Below are positions 37,901-51,735 of a stretch of DNA of 64,000 nucleotides, piece by piece. This DNA is from Cycas panzhihuaensis (taxonomy: Eukaryota > Plantae > Cycadophyta). Where the stretch lies: the NCBI GenBank assembly GCA_023213395.1, contig CM041465.1, forward strand, positions 87,365,741 to 87,429,740, written 5' to 3'. Made by a program: the position numbers and the translations under genes. Numbering within the stretch: the first letter of the stretch is position 1; each line of letters starts with the position of its first letter. The notes beneath the pieces were generated by a model, which did not search any database, had not been told where the DNA came from, and was given only the letters and a program-made list of their open reading frames with translations.

Positions 37901-38150
37901 AATAGGAGGGTCCCTTGAGGCTACTCGGCAAACCAAGAGTGCCCCCCTTTATCTGCTTCGAATCGACGAGGTGCTTACCTTAAGGGGGAGTTTGTATGCT
38001 ATTTGTGGATCATCGAACCTACGTTTCGACACATCGATGCCCTTTGTGGATAATTATTTCCCTTGCTTCTATAGATCCTTTAGCCATATGACTATTGATT
38101 ATATTGGCATGATCTCTTCGTATCTAGTGAACCCTAGAGGTATGCTTCCA
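34948..38150 (+). repeat. 3' LTR of B, preceded by PPT AAGGGGGCAA (34938-34947)
   Basis: TGTTTC...CTTCCA, a direct repeat of 20105-23309. Confidence 0.92.
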
Positions 38151-41100
38151 GTTGTTATAACAAACACACATTTAAGAGGGTTCAAGCTAACATGGTATTT
38201 ATGATACCTAATAAAGATGATGCGCAAATCATCGAGATGTTGGGCCCTTTTACGTGAAAGACCCATCATGTCATCCATGAAGACCTTGAGGGTTTTATTT
38301 ATAAGGTCATGAAAGATGAACTGCATCACCCTTTAGTAAGTGACGCCTACATTTTTTAGTCTAAAGGGCATTACTTTGTAAGCGAAGGTACCCCAAGAAG
38401 TGGTGAAGGTCATTTTGTGACAATCTTCAGGAGAGATTTGGATCTGGTTATACCCATAGAAGCCATCCATCTAGGACATGACTTTGAATCCAACAGTTTG
38501 ATCAATGATTTGATCGATAAAAGGTAGGGGAAGTTATCTTTGGGACATGCATTGTTAATATCACAGAAATTAACATATATCTAGATCATTTCATTCCTTT
38601 TAGCAATGGGAATGATGTTTGAGACCCACTTGGGGTGATCGATGGAGGTGATCAACCCTATGTCAAAGAGTTTCTCAACTTCTATATTCATGGTGGCGGA
38701 TAGTTTAAGATGGATGGGGTGTTGCTTTTGCCACATAGGGCGAGTGCTCAAAATAGTAGTAAGGTTATGGGTGACAATGGAGGGGTCTATTCCCTTCATG
38801 TCAGTGTAATCCCATGCGAAAACATCATAGAACTCTTGAAAAAGAATGGTGTATTCCTTTATTTCTTCAAGGGAACAATCCACTCCTACCTTGATGACCT
38901 TGCTAAGAGCAAGGATGATGTCCTTGGTTGCCCCCATGTACATGGCATTCTCTTCCTTGAAATGAAGGGGGGCTTGGTCAATAAGAAGGGGTGAAGAAGA
39001 GTTAGGTAGGCTTGGGTCAACTAAGGGTGACCTAAGGGCTAGAATCTTTCAGTAACCGGGTTTATGGTGACTAGGGAGGTTGGGCATGGAGCCTGCTAGA
39101 TGCTCTAATAATGCATCGTCGTTCTCAAAGCAATCGATCCCATGGATAGTTATGCTTCAAGAAGATAAGGAATGAGGAGTAGGAGGAGCAGCGGGACCAT
39201 AGCGATCGACCAACCACTAAATATAGTCAAGAGACTCTTCAGAAGAGTTAGAGGGCGACCTCTTATTACAAATAATGGGAGGTTCCCTTGCCTTATTACT
39301 CGAAGAGGGCGATGAGGTAAAAGATGAAGTGAGATGGGAAGTCACACAAGAAACGAGAGTAGTGACGTGTGACTCGGCAAGAAGGCCAGGCTCCTCAACA
39401 GAAGAAGCTTTAGGTTGGGACTCGAAACGAAGCAAACACCCCCTACTCAGGTTCAGGAGGGATATGGGATGAGGGAGGTCCTCATCCTCACCGTCAGACT
39501 CATCGTCACTCAACATGGCGAGGTACCTATAACTCCCCACACCAATATGAGTGAAATGAATGAGGTTGGAGGAAGAAGAGGAAGGGCCCTCTTCCGAACA
39601 AGACAGACTAGGAATGTTAATAGAGCAAGTGAAAGCAGGGGCAGATGGGCCCTTGTTGCCCTTTACCAGGCCACAAACCGCTTAATGGGATTGATGCGAC
39701 TACTTGGTGCGAGGAGGCTCCCATGAAACAACCTTCATTTGCCCTTTGTGGATGAACTTGAGTTGCCCCCAACGAGACAAACACATGGCTCCCATTTGGT
39801 TGAGCCATGGATGTCCCAACAAAAGATTATAGTCCACCTCTATGTCAAGGACCACGATGTCAGTGAGGATGGTTTTATCCTTAAGGGTAAGAGAAATAGA
39901 GATAGACCCCAAAGGCATTTTCTTGCTACCATTGTAGCCTTGACAACGCTATGGGACTGGCTTAAGAGCCGCTATGCCTAACTCTTGCATGATTCACAAG
40001 CACATAGTATTGATAGAAGAACCCTTGTCTACAATAGTTCTTCGAAGAGTACACCCGGGAGTGTCTATGGATATAGTGAAAGGGTAGTGCCATTGGCGTT
40101 CACTTTTGCTAGTCAGGGGGAGATCTTTAAGGTCAAATGAGATAACAGGTTTATGGCTTAGGGCAACACCCAAGGCGTGAATGGAAGCATCGGCCAATCC
40201 TAAAGTCTCAAGGAGGAGAGCGTGCTGCTCTTGATAGCTCCTCAAGACGTCCATCATGGACATCCCTGCAACCTCGGTGTGAAGCTTGTTAATGATAGAG
40301 AAGGGATTTCCCTTTCCAGTGGGTTGCAGAAGCACTCTTCAAAAATTATAATGACTAGGGCGAACAAGAATTATCTTGTGGAGCGGCGGAATCTCTGAAA
40401 GAGAATTCTCTAGGAGGATCAAGCAGAGAGGAAGAAGAGGCTCCTATGGCCTCTTTGGCTACTTCAGACCAAGTCAAAGCGTATAAAGGCATGGTCTCAA
40501 GCATCTGGATAACTCTCTTTCCCTTATTTCTGGATTAAGAGTGAGAAGGGGTTTGGTGGCGAGAATCAGAAGAGGAGGAAGAGTTCCTTATCCCCTTCCC
40601 CTTAGCTTGCATTGGGCAAGGGTTAGGGGATCTTCCCCTATTTTGATTCCCCCTTTGCTGATCTCATTCCCTGTGGGTATGTTGATCTCATTTCCCATGT
40701 TTGGGGAAAGGTTCTCTATGAACAGGTTAGTCTAGATTAGGCTTAGATGCCCATTTAGAAGAGGAGTCATGATGCATGGTAGATTTGGAATATTGTGCCT
40801 TGCATTACAAGTCCTCATAGAAACACTCGCTATGAATAGAGCACCATTTCTTCTCTAAGGAAGAGTTCATCTTCCTCGCTTGAAAAGCATGGGTATTTCC
40901 ATTCTTAGAAGACGCAGCTTAGAAGGCTTGATGAACAGGTTTATGAGATGTCGACGATGAAGGAGGAGCTTGGAGTTTAAGCTCCTTCATCGTACATTCG
41001 AAAGAATGTATGGTAGAATTCAATGGATCAAAGGTCTTCTCTATCGAGTGGGTCGAAGACTTAGGAGGTTGTTGAGTTTTAGTGTTGCGAGATGGAGGGG

Positions 41101-44100
41101 GTGCCTCACATCATTACGATGACTTAAGAGGTTTCTTGAGACCCACTTAGATCTCAATAACCTCAAGAGTCAAACATTTGGCTATGGTAGAGTCACATGT
41201 AGTTGCCCCCATCTTGAGGACCTCAACATGTACTTTAGGACGAAGGGCATTCACAAAAAGATCCATTTTTAACTCTTTGGACAGGGTTGCCTTTGTGGAG
41301 TAGAGGAGATCATGAAAACGCCTAATAAAGTCATGATTCATTTCCTCGTGATCTTATTTGAGGGATAAAAGGGCCTTCATTCTACTTTCGAAGGGGCGAG
41401 TAACGTCAAAGTAGTTAATAAACTCATCTACGAGCTGTTGGAATGAGTGAATTAAATGCATAAAAAGGCAATAGAACCACTTGAGGACATCGCCTTGCAA
41501 GGAACACGAGAAGAGCTTCATCAAGATATGACCATAAGCCCAATAGTCGATACACACCATAGAAAAGCTTATGATATGTTCCATTAGGTCTTGAGAAGAG
41601 GTCCCATTGAACTTGGGTACCTCAAGAGAATGACGCAGTAAGTTAGTCCTTAGCACCTCGATCGATAAGGGAGTTGACCTATAATCCACAAAGGGACGGG
41701 CCCTTAGTTGAACTACTGGGTCAACGAAGGATGAAGGATGAAGTAGGCCAAGGTGCCCAAATCCTCCTTGGGAAACTTGGCCCAAAAGGGGATATGAACT
41801 TCTTCCCACTTAGTGGGAGGGAACTAATCTCAGGTGTGAGGGGATTAAAAAGGAGCAGATGGGTAGGAAGGACCTATGCCCCCTTGAGGGTATGCCCCTT
41901 GTTGAAAGGGGGCTTGGGAGAGGGTGCCTTGAGAAGGGGCTTATCCTCCTTGTGAAGGCACCATATATGAAGAGATGTGAGAAGAAGGAATAGATAGGTG
42001 TGGGACCGAATTTTACCCATATGGGCCACCTGTAGGTGGCACAACACCATATGGGCCACCTGTAGGTGGCACAACACCATATGGATGAAAGGGGTCCACC
42101 TCATAGACGAGAATATAATTCCCTTTACCCTGCCCCCATGGTTGGAAAGTATATCCTAGGGGTACGTAAATAGATGAATCCTTAGGTTGAGCATGGGGGT
42201 ACGTGGGGATTTATCCTACATGGCTGGAAGTAGGGGGACACGTAGGCCCCCTAGGTCTAACGGAAGGTGGATGAACCATGGTTAGCTGAGGTGTGGTTGC
42301 ATGACTAGGAGGAGGTATACTCAACCCAAGTTAGGAAGTGGGCATACCTCGGGTAGCCCCTAAAGAATATAGGCCACTAGAAGAGGAAGAAGCAACGAGG
42401 GACAGCCCCATTGCAGATAATAAAATTGAGTGGGATGAGTGCGAGGGTGTGAATGTGGAGGAGGAGGGTACCATACTTCGCAAGATGCTTTCCAACCACT
42501 TGGGAAGAGGTTGGAGACTAGCCACTTAAAAGCACTGATTAAGCACTTCCACCACATCCATAGGAGGGGTTCCCACCTGCTCATATGAGGTTGAAGGATC
42601 CTTATATGAAGTGGACCCCACAAGGCGATCCTTATGGGCATTGTCATAAAGATGGTGATACCTCATGGGGGAAGAAGCTTCTACATCATGGGCGGAAAGA
42701 TTATGGACATGTGAGTGCTCTTGATCACCTGAATAAAAGATGGGGTCTTCACCCTCTTGGGTGGGACCTTAGAAAGAGGTTAAAGGTTGATTGGTTTAAA
42801 AACCATAGGCGTGGTATACCCAATCCGAAGAGAATCCCTCCGTAGCTGGTTTAGAATCAGACAACGGAAGGAGGAAATAAGGTGAGTCTTCTAAAGAAGG
42901 AGGGAGACCTCGCAAACGATAAGAGAATCGTCGCATATAAGTCCCTCCTAAGATTTGGAAGAAAGAGAAATGACAGAATGATAAATATTGGGGGTTTCTC
43001 AACGAATCAAGAAGAACTACCAAAGGAGAGGTAGCGCCAAAAGAAAGGAAACTAACATAGACCCTTTACTGACGAGTCCCTAGTATGGTCGCTAGTGAAA
43101 GCGCACCTCTGGGGGGTCACCAGATGTAAGGGGATCAAGCCTATACAATCGTCAATTACGGGGCTAAAGGATCCTTGGAAGCAAAAGAAAGGATTACCCA
43201 TAAAAGGTGTTTGTGCATCAAAACATTGGTTTGAGGACTCGCAAATGGTGCACAAACCTTCCCTTATGGTGAGTACCTTCTCAGATTTAAGATGGGCAAG
43301 GAGCTCCCTTGGTTTACTAAGTAGCCTCAGAGGTACCCTCCTATCCTAAATGGTCAAAGAAGGAGAGTTGAGATGAAAGGCGCCTTTCCCATGAAAGAGG
43401 GAAAGGAGGTGGTAGACCCCAATGGAGAAAGGGGTACCTATAGATAAGAAAGGAATGGTGGATAGTGAGGGTGCAAAGAGGAGGTTGGGTGGAAAAAGAC
43501 CAACTCTTAAATGGAGGTAGGGCAAGATGATGCCTTATCAAAAAGGAGCACCTTGAGGAGGATGCTCCCAAGATGCCAACACCTTAAGCGGATAGCTGGA
43601 TGTGTGGGGCGTTATGCAAGGTATCTTTTATTTTGTTTTATAATGAATAGGGTGGTGTTATGAAGTGTTGCTATTTCTGATTTATCACAAATTAAAAGGA
43701 GAAGGAAAAGAATAATAACACTCTCTTTCGATTCTTACCTCTCCCTCTCTTTTCTTTTACAAATATCAATAAAAGCAAAGGAACCAAGAAAGTTGGAAAT
43801 CATACGAAGAGAATATAACAACTAGTGCAAGCTACCCTGGTAGTGCATGGGGAGAAAAAAAAATGGTAGTGATAGAGGAGCTCACAACCCTTTGTACCCT
43901 TAGCCTAATAGATGTGAGGGTCATGCAAGAAAAGGGGAACGAAATGCAATAAAGGTAGGACATTGCTCCATTAGTAGGGTTAATACCTACACATACAAAA
44001 TAGTGGTTTCTTTCCCTAATGAGCAAATCAAGAAATCTGCAAGCAACAGAGTATGTGTAACCTTTTCTTTTTCCTTTTTTCCTTCTTTAGGAAATGGGGG

Positions 44101-46279
44101 AGAAGGGTGAGTAAGAAGATAGGGTAGGAAGAGGTGCACCTGGAACCAAGATGGCCGGTGTAGTAAACCCTTCTCTTTTCTCACGATCCTCTTTCGTCTA
44201 CCTAGTGCTCCTTACCATAGTTGGTGTCATAGGGGAACTACCAACGGGGCTTCCTTATCTTCCCCAAGAACTAGTACTGGAAGAAACCAAAAGAAAAAAA
44301 AGAGTTGCTCACAAAGAACGTTTAAAGCAAAATAGTGAAAATAAAAAAGGTGTACGTACCTTCCACGATGATCTTCGCTTGCTCCAAAAGGTGAGACCTG
44401 CACAACAAGTTATTTCTCCCCTTCCCACGGGTGCTAGATACACATAAGAATAAATGTACACTCATATATGTGCGTGTATGCTTATTGAAAGAAAAAGGAT
44501 GTGATCTTATATAAATGTCTTTTAAATAAACACAATATGTGATCTAAACTTTGCTTTGCATGCATGTAAAATGCTCTAACAACTATGGGAAAAGGTGGCT
44601 AAAAAGTGAGAGAAAGATGGCCTTGAAATGGCTAGCCCCCCGAGTAAGGTACTTCCACACATCTAAGTGCTCTAGACCAATGGTTCAAGCAAGAAGTTAA
44701 AGATTTCAAGTGTCAGAAAGGCAACAAGGCTTGTGAGTAGTAAAAGTTGTAAAAATCGTAAAAGTTATAAAAGTTGCAATATGTAACTTTTGCAAAATTT
44801 GCAAGATGAGGCTAGAAGCTTGCAAACTACAAAGACTTGTTGTAAAAATCAGATTTTAATGGAATATAAAATCTAGTTACAAGCGTTGCAAGTAGTTGTG
44901 AATGCTACAACCGGCAAAATCCCTTCCCTTAAGGGTTTTTGGGTTCACAAGAGAGGTATAGGGTGAGAAAAGTTGCAAAGGATAGAGGATTGCCCTAGAG
45001 GAGATCGCCAAGAGGGTCAAAACCTTAGCCTCAAACTCCTTTCTCCCTTTGCTGCAGCCTTTTCTCTCAACCTTCTTGGTAAGAACCTAGGAGAAACCTT
45101 AAGGCATGGAGGAAATGAGCTGGGAAGAGGAAGTGTTTGCCTTCCAAAAGAGAAGTGTATGGCAGGGTTTACAAAAGAAAACTAAAATAATATGCAAGAA
45201 ACCCTGTTGCCAAGAGAAAGAGATGACCAAACGCAGGTCTAAAAATCCCTCCTAAAATTGGTTTAAAATAATTTTACCTCATGAAGTGGTTGGGAGAGAA
45301 GGGTCTCCCTAGAAGGATAGATGAGAGATCCCTGCAACGATGCTAGAAAGAAGTGAAACCTATAAGAAAACTTGATACCAATGACTTGATGGAGCACTTG
45401 GGAGGAGGACCTATTCAGATCAGGCTACTATAGACCTGTGACTTAGGGTTTTTACCCTAAGGAAGGAAGAGACGAGAGTGAAGAGTAGGAGGGGCTAAAG
45501 AGAAGCTTTCTTTTTTCCAAAAGTGAGTCAAGAAGAGGAAAAATGAGCTAAATTTTGGGTTTTTAAACCTAACCCTAACTTACTGGGCGATTAGGGATCG
45601 CCCTAGGCTGGAAACAGCCCAATGCAGCGTGTATGTTTCACGTTTAATATGAAACTAGTTGTGGCAGGCCAAAAACTAAAAGTGGACAATCGCACCACGC
45701 CAAACTTCATGGTATCACAAAGTTTGTCGTGGTACCACGAATAATGCAGTGATGCGCTTAAAACAAGGTGAAAACAAAAGGGGAGCCTAGAAGGCTCCCC
45801 AAAAAGGGGTTCCTAGACCCCAAAAGGCCAAAATAATGAGTTGTTGGGGTATCTAGGGGATTTTAAGAGTTGGTGAGACCATAAGAAGCGAGGAAAAGGT
45901 GGTAACTAGGCCTCGTGAGGAACAAGTGGCAAGTGAGGATGGTGATCAGGCCTAAACGGGTCGTTAGGGATCACATCACACCAAAAGGTGGTAAAGAACA
46001 AGCTGCAGGAGCTGAGAGTACTTGAGGATGATGTGGAGGCATTATGGAGGGCCATGAGGAGCCATGGGATGTTAGTCCTGAGTTATCATAGGCTAAAGTA
46101 GTTGATGCAAACATATGCAAGCAAGCCAGGCATAACAATCATGCAGTCGATTAATAACATGCCAAATGTGTCTAATGACAATTCAATTACATCTTGAAGT
46201 CAATGAAAAGTGAAGATAGAAATATACTTGTACTTACTTGAGAGGTGCCATCCATGTCCATTCCCGTGGCTAAGAAACA
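38151..46279 (-). mobile_element. Tat element D, 5' LTR / PBS / gag / PR / RT start (right piece)
   Basis: Minus-strand ORFs: gag 41354-41809 (EVPKFNGTSSQD), PR 39994-40335 (TIVDKGSSIN), RT 38581-38943 and 38099-38329 (VFMDD). LTR at 46279-43096. Confidence 0.92.
43096..46279 (-). repeat. 5' LTR of D (~3.18 kb)
   Basis: Reverse complement reads TGTTTCTTAG...GCGCTTTCA and is followed by the PBS. Same family as the B LTRs. Confidence 0.88.
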
Positions 46280-49200
46280 ATACCTAAGAAATCAATTGTA
46301 TGCTTGTAAAATGACAATTAATGTCTTTATCTTTGTCCATTTACAAAGACTTAAAGAGATTAGAGATCTATTAATCGCTATAGGTAAAAAGCGTTAAGGA
46401 GAGTGAATTGGTGAGCATAACCTTAAATAGCCTCCATAAAGGCTATCATATTTTTGTTACCAATTTATGCTTAACAAAGAGATCATGGCCTTTAATATTT
46501 GAAGAGTCAGTCAAACTTATTTTGTATGAAGAGTAACTCATGGGTGGATATGTTGGTAGTAGTGGTAGTACGGTATTAACCCGTAATTTAAGAAGAAATT
46601 ATAGTTGAATACTCTAAACCAACTCACACACTCTCTCCTAGCACAAGTGAATCGAAAGGAAATAAGGACATCACATGCACTTATTGCAAAAAGGTTGGTC
46701 ACTTTGAGAAAAACTATTGAAAGAAAAAGCTAGATAAAAAGAAGAAGAGTACTGATAAACCCATATCTCTATCTGTTGATGATAAAAAAGTCTTTATGTT
46801 CAATGATATTTGAGGCACTGTAGGTTCATAGTATATTGATTCAAGAGTTTCAAACCATATCACTTTTCATAAGGAATGGTTTAAGGAACTCAAAGGTGGA
46901 AATAGTTCAATCATAATTCATGGTGATAATAGTCAACACAAAGTAGTAGGTAAAATTATAATTATTTTTAGGCAATCTAGTAATAAGATTTGTATCTCTA
47001 ATGTGTTGTATGTATCATCTTTTAGATATAACTTACTTTCTGTAAGTCATATAACTAAGTTGAATTTGAAAGTGGGGTTTGATGTTGTGAAATATGTCAT
47101 CAAAGATGATAATTTTGTAATTATTTAAGGAGTCTAAGAGAATGGTTTATATAAATTCTTTGGCTTACGTGAGCATAGTTTTATTACAACTTTATTTGAT
47201 GCATTATGGCATGCTCATTTTGGTCATTTGAACTACCACAACCTTTACTTGTTAAATAAGCTAAAGATAGTATATGATCTTTCTCTAGTATAAAAGTGCA
47301 ATAAAATCTATAATGCTTGTGCATTATGAAAATAACATAGAGAAATTTTTCTGAAATCTACTTGGTGAGCTAAAAATAAGTTGGAGCCAGACACTTAGAT
47401 TTATGTGGACTAATCACTAATTTTATTTAAAGGAGTAAGATATTTCATGATCTCCATTGATGACTTGACCAAGAAGATATAGATTTATCTTCTGAAAAAC
47501 AAGTCAAAAGCAATTGTAAAATTTAAGGAATTCAATGTTGAAGCAAAATTTTTTTCTAAAAATAAGATTAAAATTCTAAGAAGTAATAGTGGAGGTGAAT
47601 ATCTCTCATTCGAGTTCATTACATTCTATAAGAAATATGGCATCGAAAGACAATTAACAACATCTTATACCCTACACCATAATGGTGTTGCTGAAAGAAA
47701 AAATCACACCATTGTTGAAATTATGAGATGTATGCTCAAATCTAAAAACGTGTCTAATTGCTTATGGGCTAAAGCAGTGAACACAATAATGTATATTTTA
47801 AATAGAAATTTTATAATAGTTGTTCGAAATATGACTCCTAAAGAGGCTTAGATAGGAAAAAAAAATCCTCTATTAATCTTTGTGTCTTTAAATGTACTGC
47901 TTATGTTTATATACTTGATGAAAAGTGACAGAAACTTAATGATAAAAGTTGCAGGTGTATTTTTGGAGGATATAGTAAGTTGTCCAAAGCTTATAGACTT
48001 TGGAATCCTTTATAAAATAAGATTGTAATTAGTAGGGATATACTCTTTTCTCAGCTTGATAAGAATATAATTCTTGTTATAATTATTAATGTTGAAAGTA
48101 CAAAGGTAAAGAGTGAAACTAGTGTGAAGAAAGAAGAGAGCATAGAATTACTTGTGGATATTTGAACTTCTTTAAAATTACCTAAATGTTATACCCAAAC
48201 TATAAAAGATTCCATGATTAGTAATATTGACATTAGTTTAGGTGTGCAAACACATAACAAAGTAAAATTTATCTTTGATATCTAATGTCTTAAATATAGG
48301 TGAACCTGAATTTTTTACTGAAGCTAAAGATGTATCTCATTGGCAGTTAGCAATATAAGAGGAATATAACTCAATATTGAAGAATGATACTTGAGATCTT
48401 ATTGAGCTTCCACTTGGGAGGAAAGTAATTGGTTACAAATGGGTATACAAGGTGAAGTATCAATTAAATGGCGATATTGATAGATACAAGGTTCGACTTG
48501 TAGCTAAAGGTTATGTTCAAATTGAAGATGTATATTTTGAAGAAACCTTTGCACCGGTGGTAAAATGACTATCATCCGATTACTAACTACCCTTGCATCT
48601 CAATTTGGTTGGAAACTTCATTAAATGGATGTTAAGAGTGAATTTTTCGTGACATTTTTATGAAGAAGTTTATATCGAGAACCTATAAACTTTGTATAAA
48701 GCGGCTAGGAGAGACTTGTATGCAGGTTAAAGAAATCTTTATATGGGTTGAAATAGGCACCAAGAGCATGGTATACTTGTATTGATGAATATTTCTTCAC
48801 TTCTAATTTCATACATTGTGAATCATATCACAATTTATACATCAAACATGAGAATGATGAAATACTTATTGTTGTTCTTTATGTTGTGTTGGGTAATGTG
48901 ATAACAATAGTTGGAGGCTAAAATTTTGACATGTTGGTAGCGCAGTTCCCCCCAAACCTTCCTTGGGGGGTTCTAAGGGGGGAGCCCCATTGTGAGGAGT
49001 GCGGGTGTGGGCACATGAGGGGTTTCAGGGGCAATAGGCCTCGACCCAAAAATTTAACACTAGAAGAATATTAAATTGTAAAGAGAATCATGGTCGTTCA
49101 CTCAAAATACCCTAGATTCTACGGTCGAGATTTGTGCCTTGGATGATGCTCTCATATAGCCTGATTTAGGACATTTTTCATTATGTTGATAGTGTTCAAT

Positions 49201-50738
49201 GTACTGTGAGGAGTTCGACAGCTGGTTGTTGTTGCTGTCAGCACTCTGCTACAAGATCATGTACATTTTCTCTATTCTGTGAAAATAAAGATCGATACCT
49301 TTCTTATGTAGGCGTTTCCCTAGCACACTGTTAGGGTTTTATCACGTTATATCAGGTGTATTTGTGTGCTTGGCTTTCTTGTTCAGTTTATTGTTTTATC
49401 TCTGGTTTAAAAACTTGCATGTAATTTTTAATTTCGATTTTTGTAACTAGTTACAAGAATAGTTTAGATCTTGGTGGCAGTTTAAGGGTTGGGACCTTGT
49501 CTTCTCAACATGTTGATGATCTTATTTTCACTTGAAGTAGCACTTCTTAGATATAATCTCTTAAAGAAGACATTTCTAAAGTCTTTGAGATGTCTGATTT
49601 TGGTATTCTGCATTATTACCTTGGTTTGAAATTTTGGTAGAATGAAGACACCATATTTGTTTCATAGTCTAAGTATACATATATTTTGATAAAACATTTT
49701 CATATAGAAGATTGTAAGTTAATGGCTACACTTATAGAAGTTGGCCCTAGGACTATTGATGGCACATTGTACAGACAATTAGTGAGAAGTCTCATTTATC
49801 TCACTAATACTAGACCTGGTATTAATTATGATGCTAGTATTATAACTCGTTTTATGAATGCTCCTTTCATTAGAAAGCAACTAAGTGCATATTGAGGTAT
49901 ACCAAAGGCACTATTAGATTTAGACTTTTATTCTCAAGAGCTTATGAGTTCAAGGTGCATAATTATACTAACTTAGATTGAGATGGAGATGTTGATGATA
50001 AAAAATCAATGACATAATTTTTATTTATATTTGGTTTTGGTTTGATTTCTTGGTGCGGAAAAGTAGACTACCATCTCATTGTCTTTTATAGAAATAGGAT
50101 ATAAATTCAACTGTTGCAAGCGCATATGAAGCAATTTGGTTAAGGAAGTTACTTGAATATTTTAAGCTTTTTCAAGATGAGCCTATACAATTGTTTTGCG
50201 ATAGTTAAAGTGCAATTCAATTATTGAAGAATCTAATATTTCATGCCGTGACAAAGCATGTCTAGGTATATTATTATTTTATTTGAGAACAAGTGCAGAG
50301 TAAAACAATTGAATTGCTATAATGTTTAACAAATGACCAACTTATAGATATTTTCACTAAAGTTTTAAGTCGTGAGAAATTTGAGAGGTTCAAGAAGCTT
50401 TTGTTTGTTAAAGATAATAAATTATACATTATGAGGGGGTGACAAAGTAATGCATATTTCATTAATAAAGTGTAATATTTATAATACATTTTATGTTGGA
50501 TTAATTAATGAGAGGATTAGTTACTTCTATATAACTTTTCCAGCTCTTTGATTCTCTTTATAAATTAAGGAGTGAATCAATGTTCTTTAGAAAAATTCAA
50601 ACTATGTATTTGAAGGATGATTGCATTGGAGATTTTAGAAGAGCTTTGTGCATGTGTTATAGGTGATATAATAAAAATTATTTTTTATCTTTTTTATTGC
50701 AATCTCATCATTCTTGCTTACTCCTACTTCAATTCACA
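46280..50738 (+). mobile_element. Ty1/copia LTR retrotransposon, decayed (gag C-part, PR, INT, RT, RH, PPT, 3' LTR)
   Basis: Zinc knuckle CTYCKKVGH; YIDS..SNH; LWHAHFGHLN; HLDLCG; KWVYKVK, RYKVRLVAKG; YVDD (split by an insertion); LIDIFTK; PPT GAGGGGG at 50433-50439. Probable LTR TGACA(50440)...TTCACA(50738); the end is less certain. Confidence 0.9.
48887..49510. mobile_element. Solo LTR (624 bp) inserted in the copia RT YVDD codons
   Basis: Termini TGTTG...CAACA, with the 5-bp TSD TGTTG at 48882-48886 and 49511-49515. Confidence 0.88.
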
Positions 50739-51735
50739 ATGCAGTCCTAATTTCTTTGACAATGATAATACTCTTTTAATGATAATTTTCTAGTTAAATT
50801 TGGTTTACTAATTTTATATAATGAAATCTTCCATTCTTTCTAAGTTTATATATTAGAAATATACTTGATTAAATATGAATGAGAGATTTGTGTATATATG
50901 TGTACGCATGCAAAAACATAGATCATATATTCTTTCACCCTTTTTTGTGATAAAGGTTGCTAATATAATATAATATCTTATCTTATTATATTACATTATA
51001 TTATATTTTATGGTATTGCGTTATATTTTATATTATTGGTCATAATTATGTTAATGTAAATTAATGCTTTCTTAATAATTATATATTTTCTCTATTTATT
51101 AGGGTCAATGATGTGAAACTCCATTTTTTCACCATAGTTCACATTAATATAATAATATATCATTGATAATTACTTGTGACAAATTCAATCTAGATAGATT
51201 AAAACGTGGAAAAAGCTTGTTTTAAATTTCAACTTGATTATGCATGCAACATGTTATGGCCACTTAAAAATGGTTTCATTCAAGCTACATGCCATAACCT
51301 CCTACACCTTATTTTTAGTACATATTTGTATTTTTTAAAACTCTAAAGTGAAAAGTTCCATGAACATATCTTTATTATATAAAGAATTCCTTTACCAGTG
51401 TTTCATGTCTATCTTGTGCTTTTGTAAATGTTTTGAACACGTAGACATTTGGGGGCGAATGTGTTGAACACACATTTAAATTTAAGGAATGGTTTAATCA
51501 CATCTAATGCTTCCTTTACCTCTAAAATCGTACCACTCCACCGACCATACATGTTGCACACGTTTACTTTTTGACTAATTAATGTTAGAAACGTAAAGTC
51601 GTGGACACCCTGAATTGGTAAAAGTAATTTAAAATAAAAAACCGGAGATTCGATGGAGAAAAGACAAGAATTAGGGTTACATGTGGTTAGGAAAAGCAGA
51701 GGATGTCTCTAAATTCGTGGGTAGTCTTTGCAGGA

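Larger units (their letters stand above)
20105..38150 (+). mobile_element. Full-length Tat-type gypsy LTR retrotransposon, copy B (~18 kb), decayed
   Basis: Two 3.2-kb LTRs, PBS, gag, pol, antisense PMD, aRH and PPT. Flanked by the degenerate TSD GCTAT/GTTGT, and removing B restores the RT of D. Confidence 0.93.

Noticed and set aside
42017-42086. 30-bp direct repeat as a CRISPR-like array
   Set aside because: Only two adjacent units without spacers, so it is a simple tandem duplication within D's leader/gag region.
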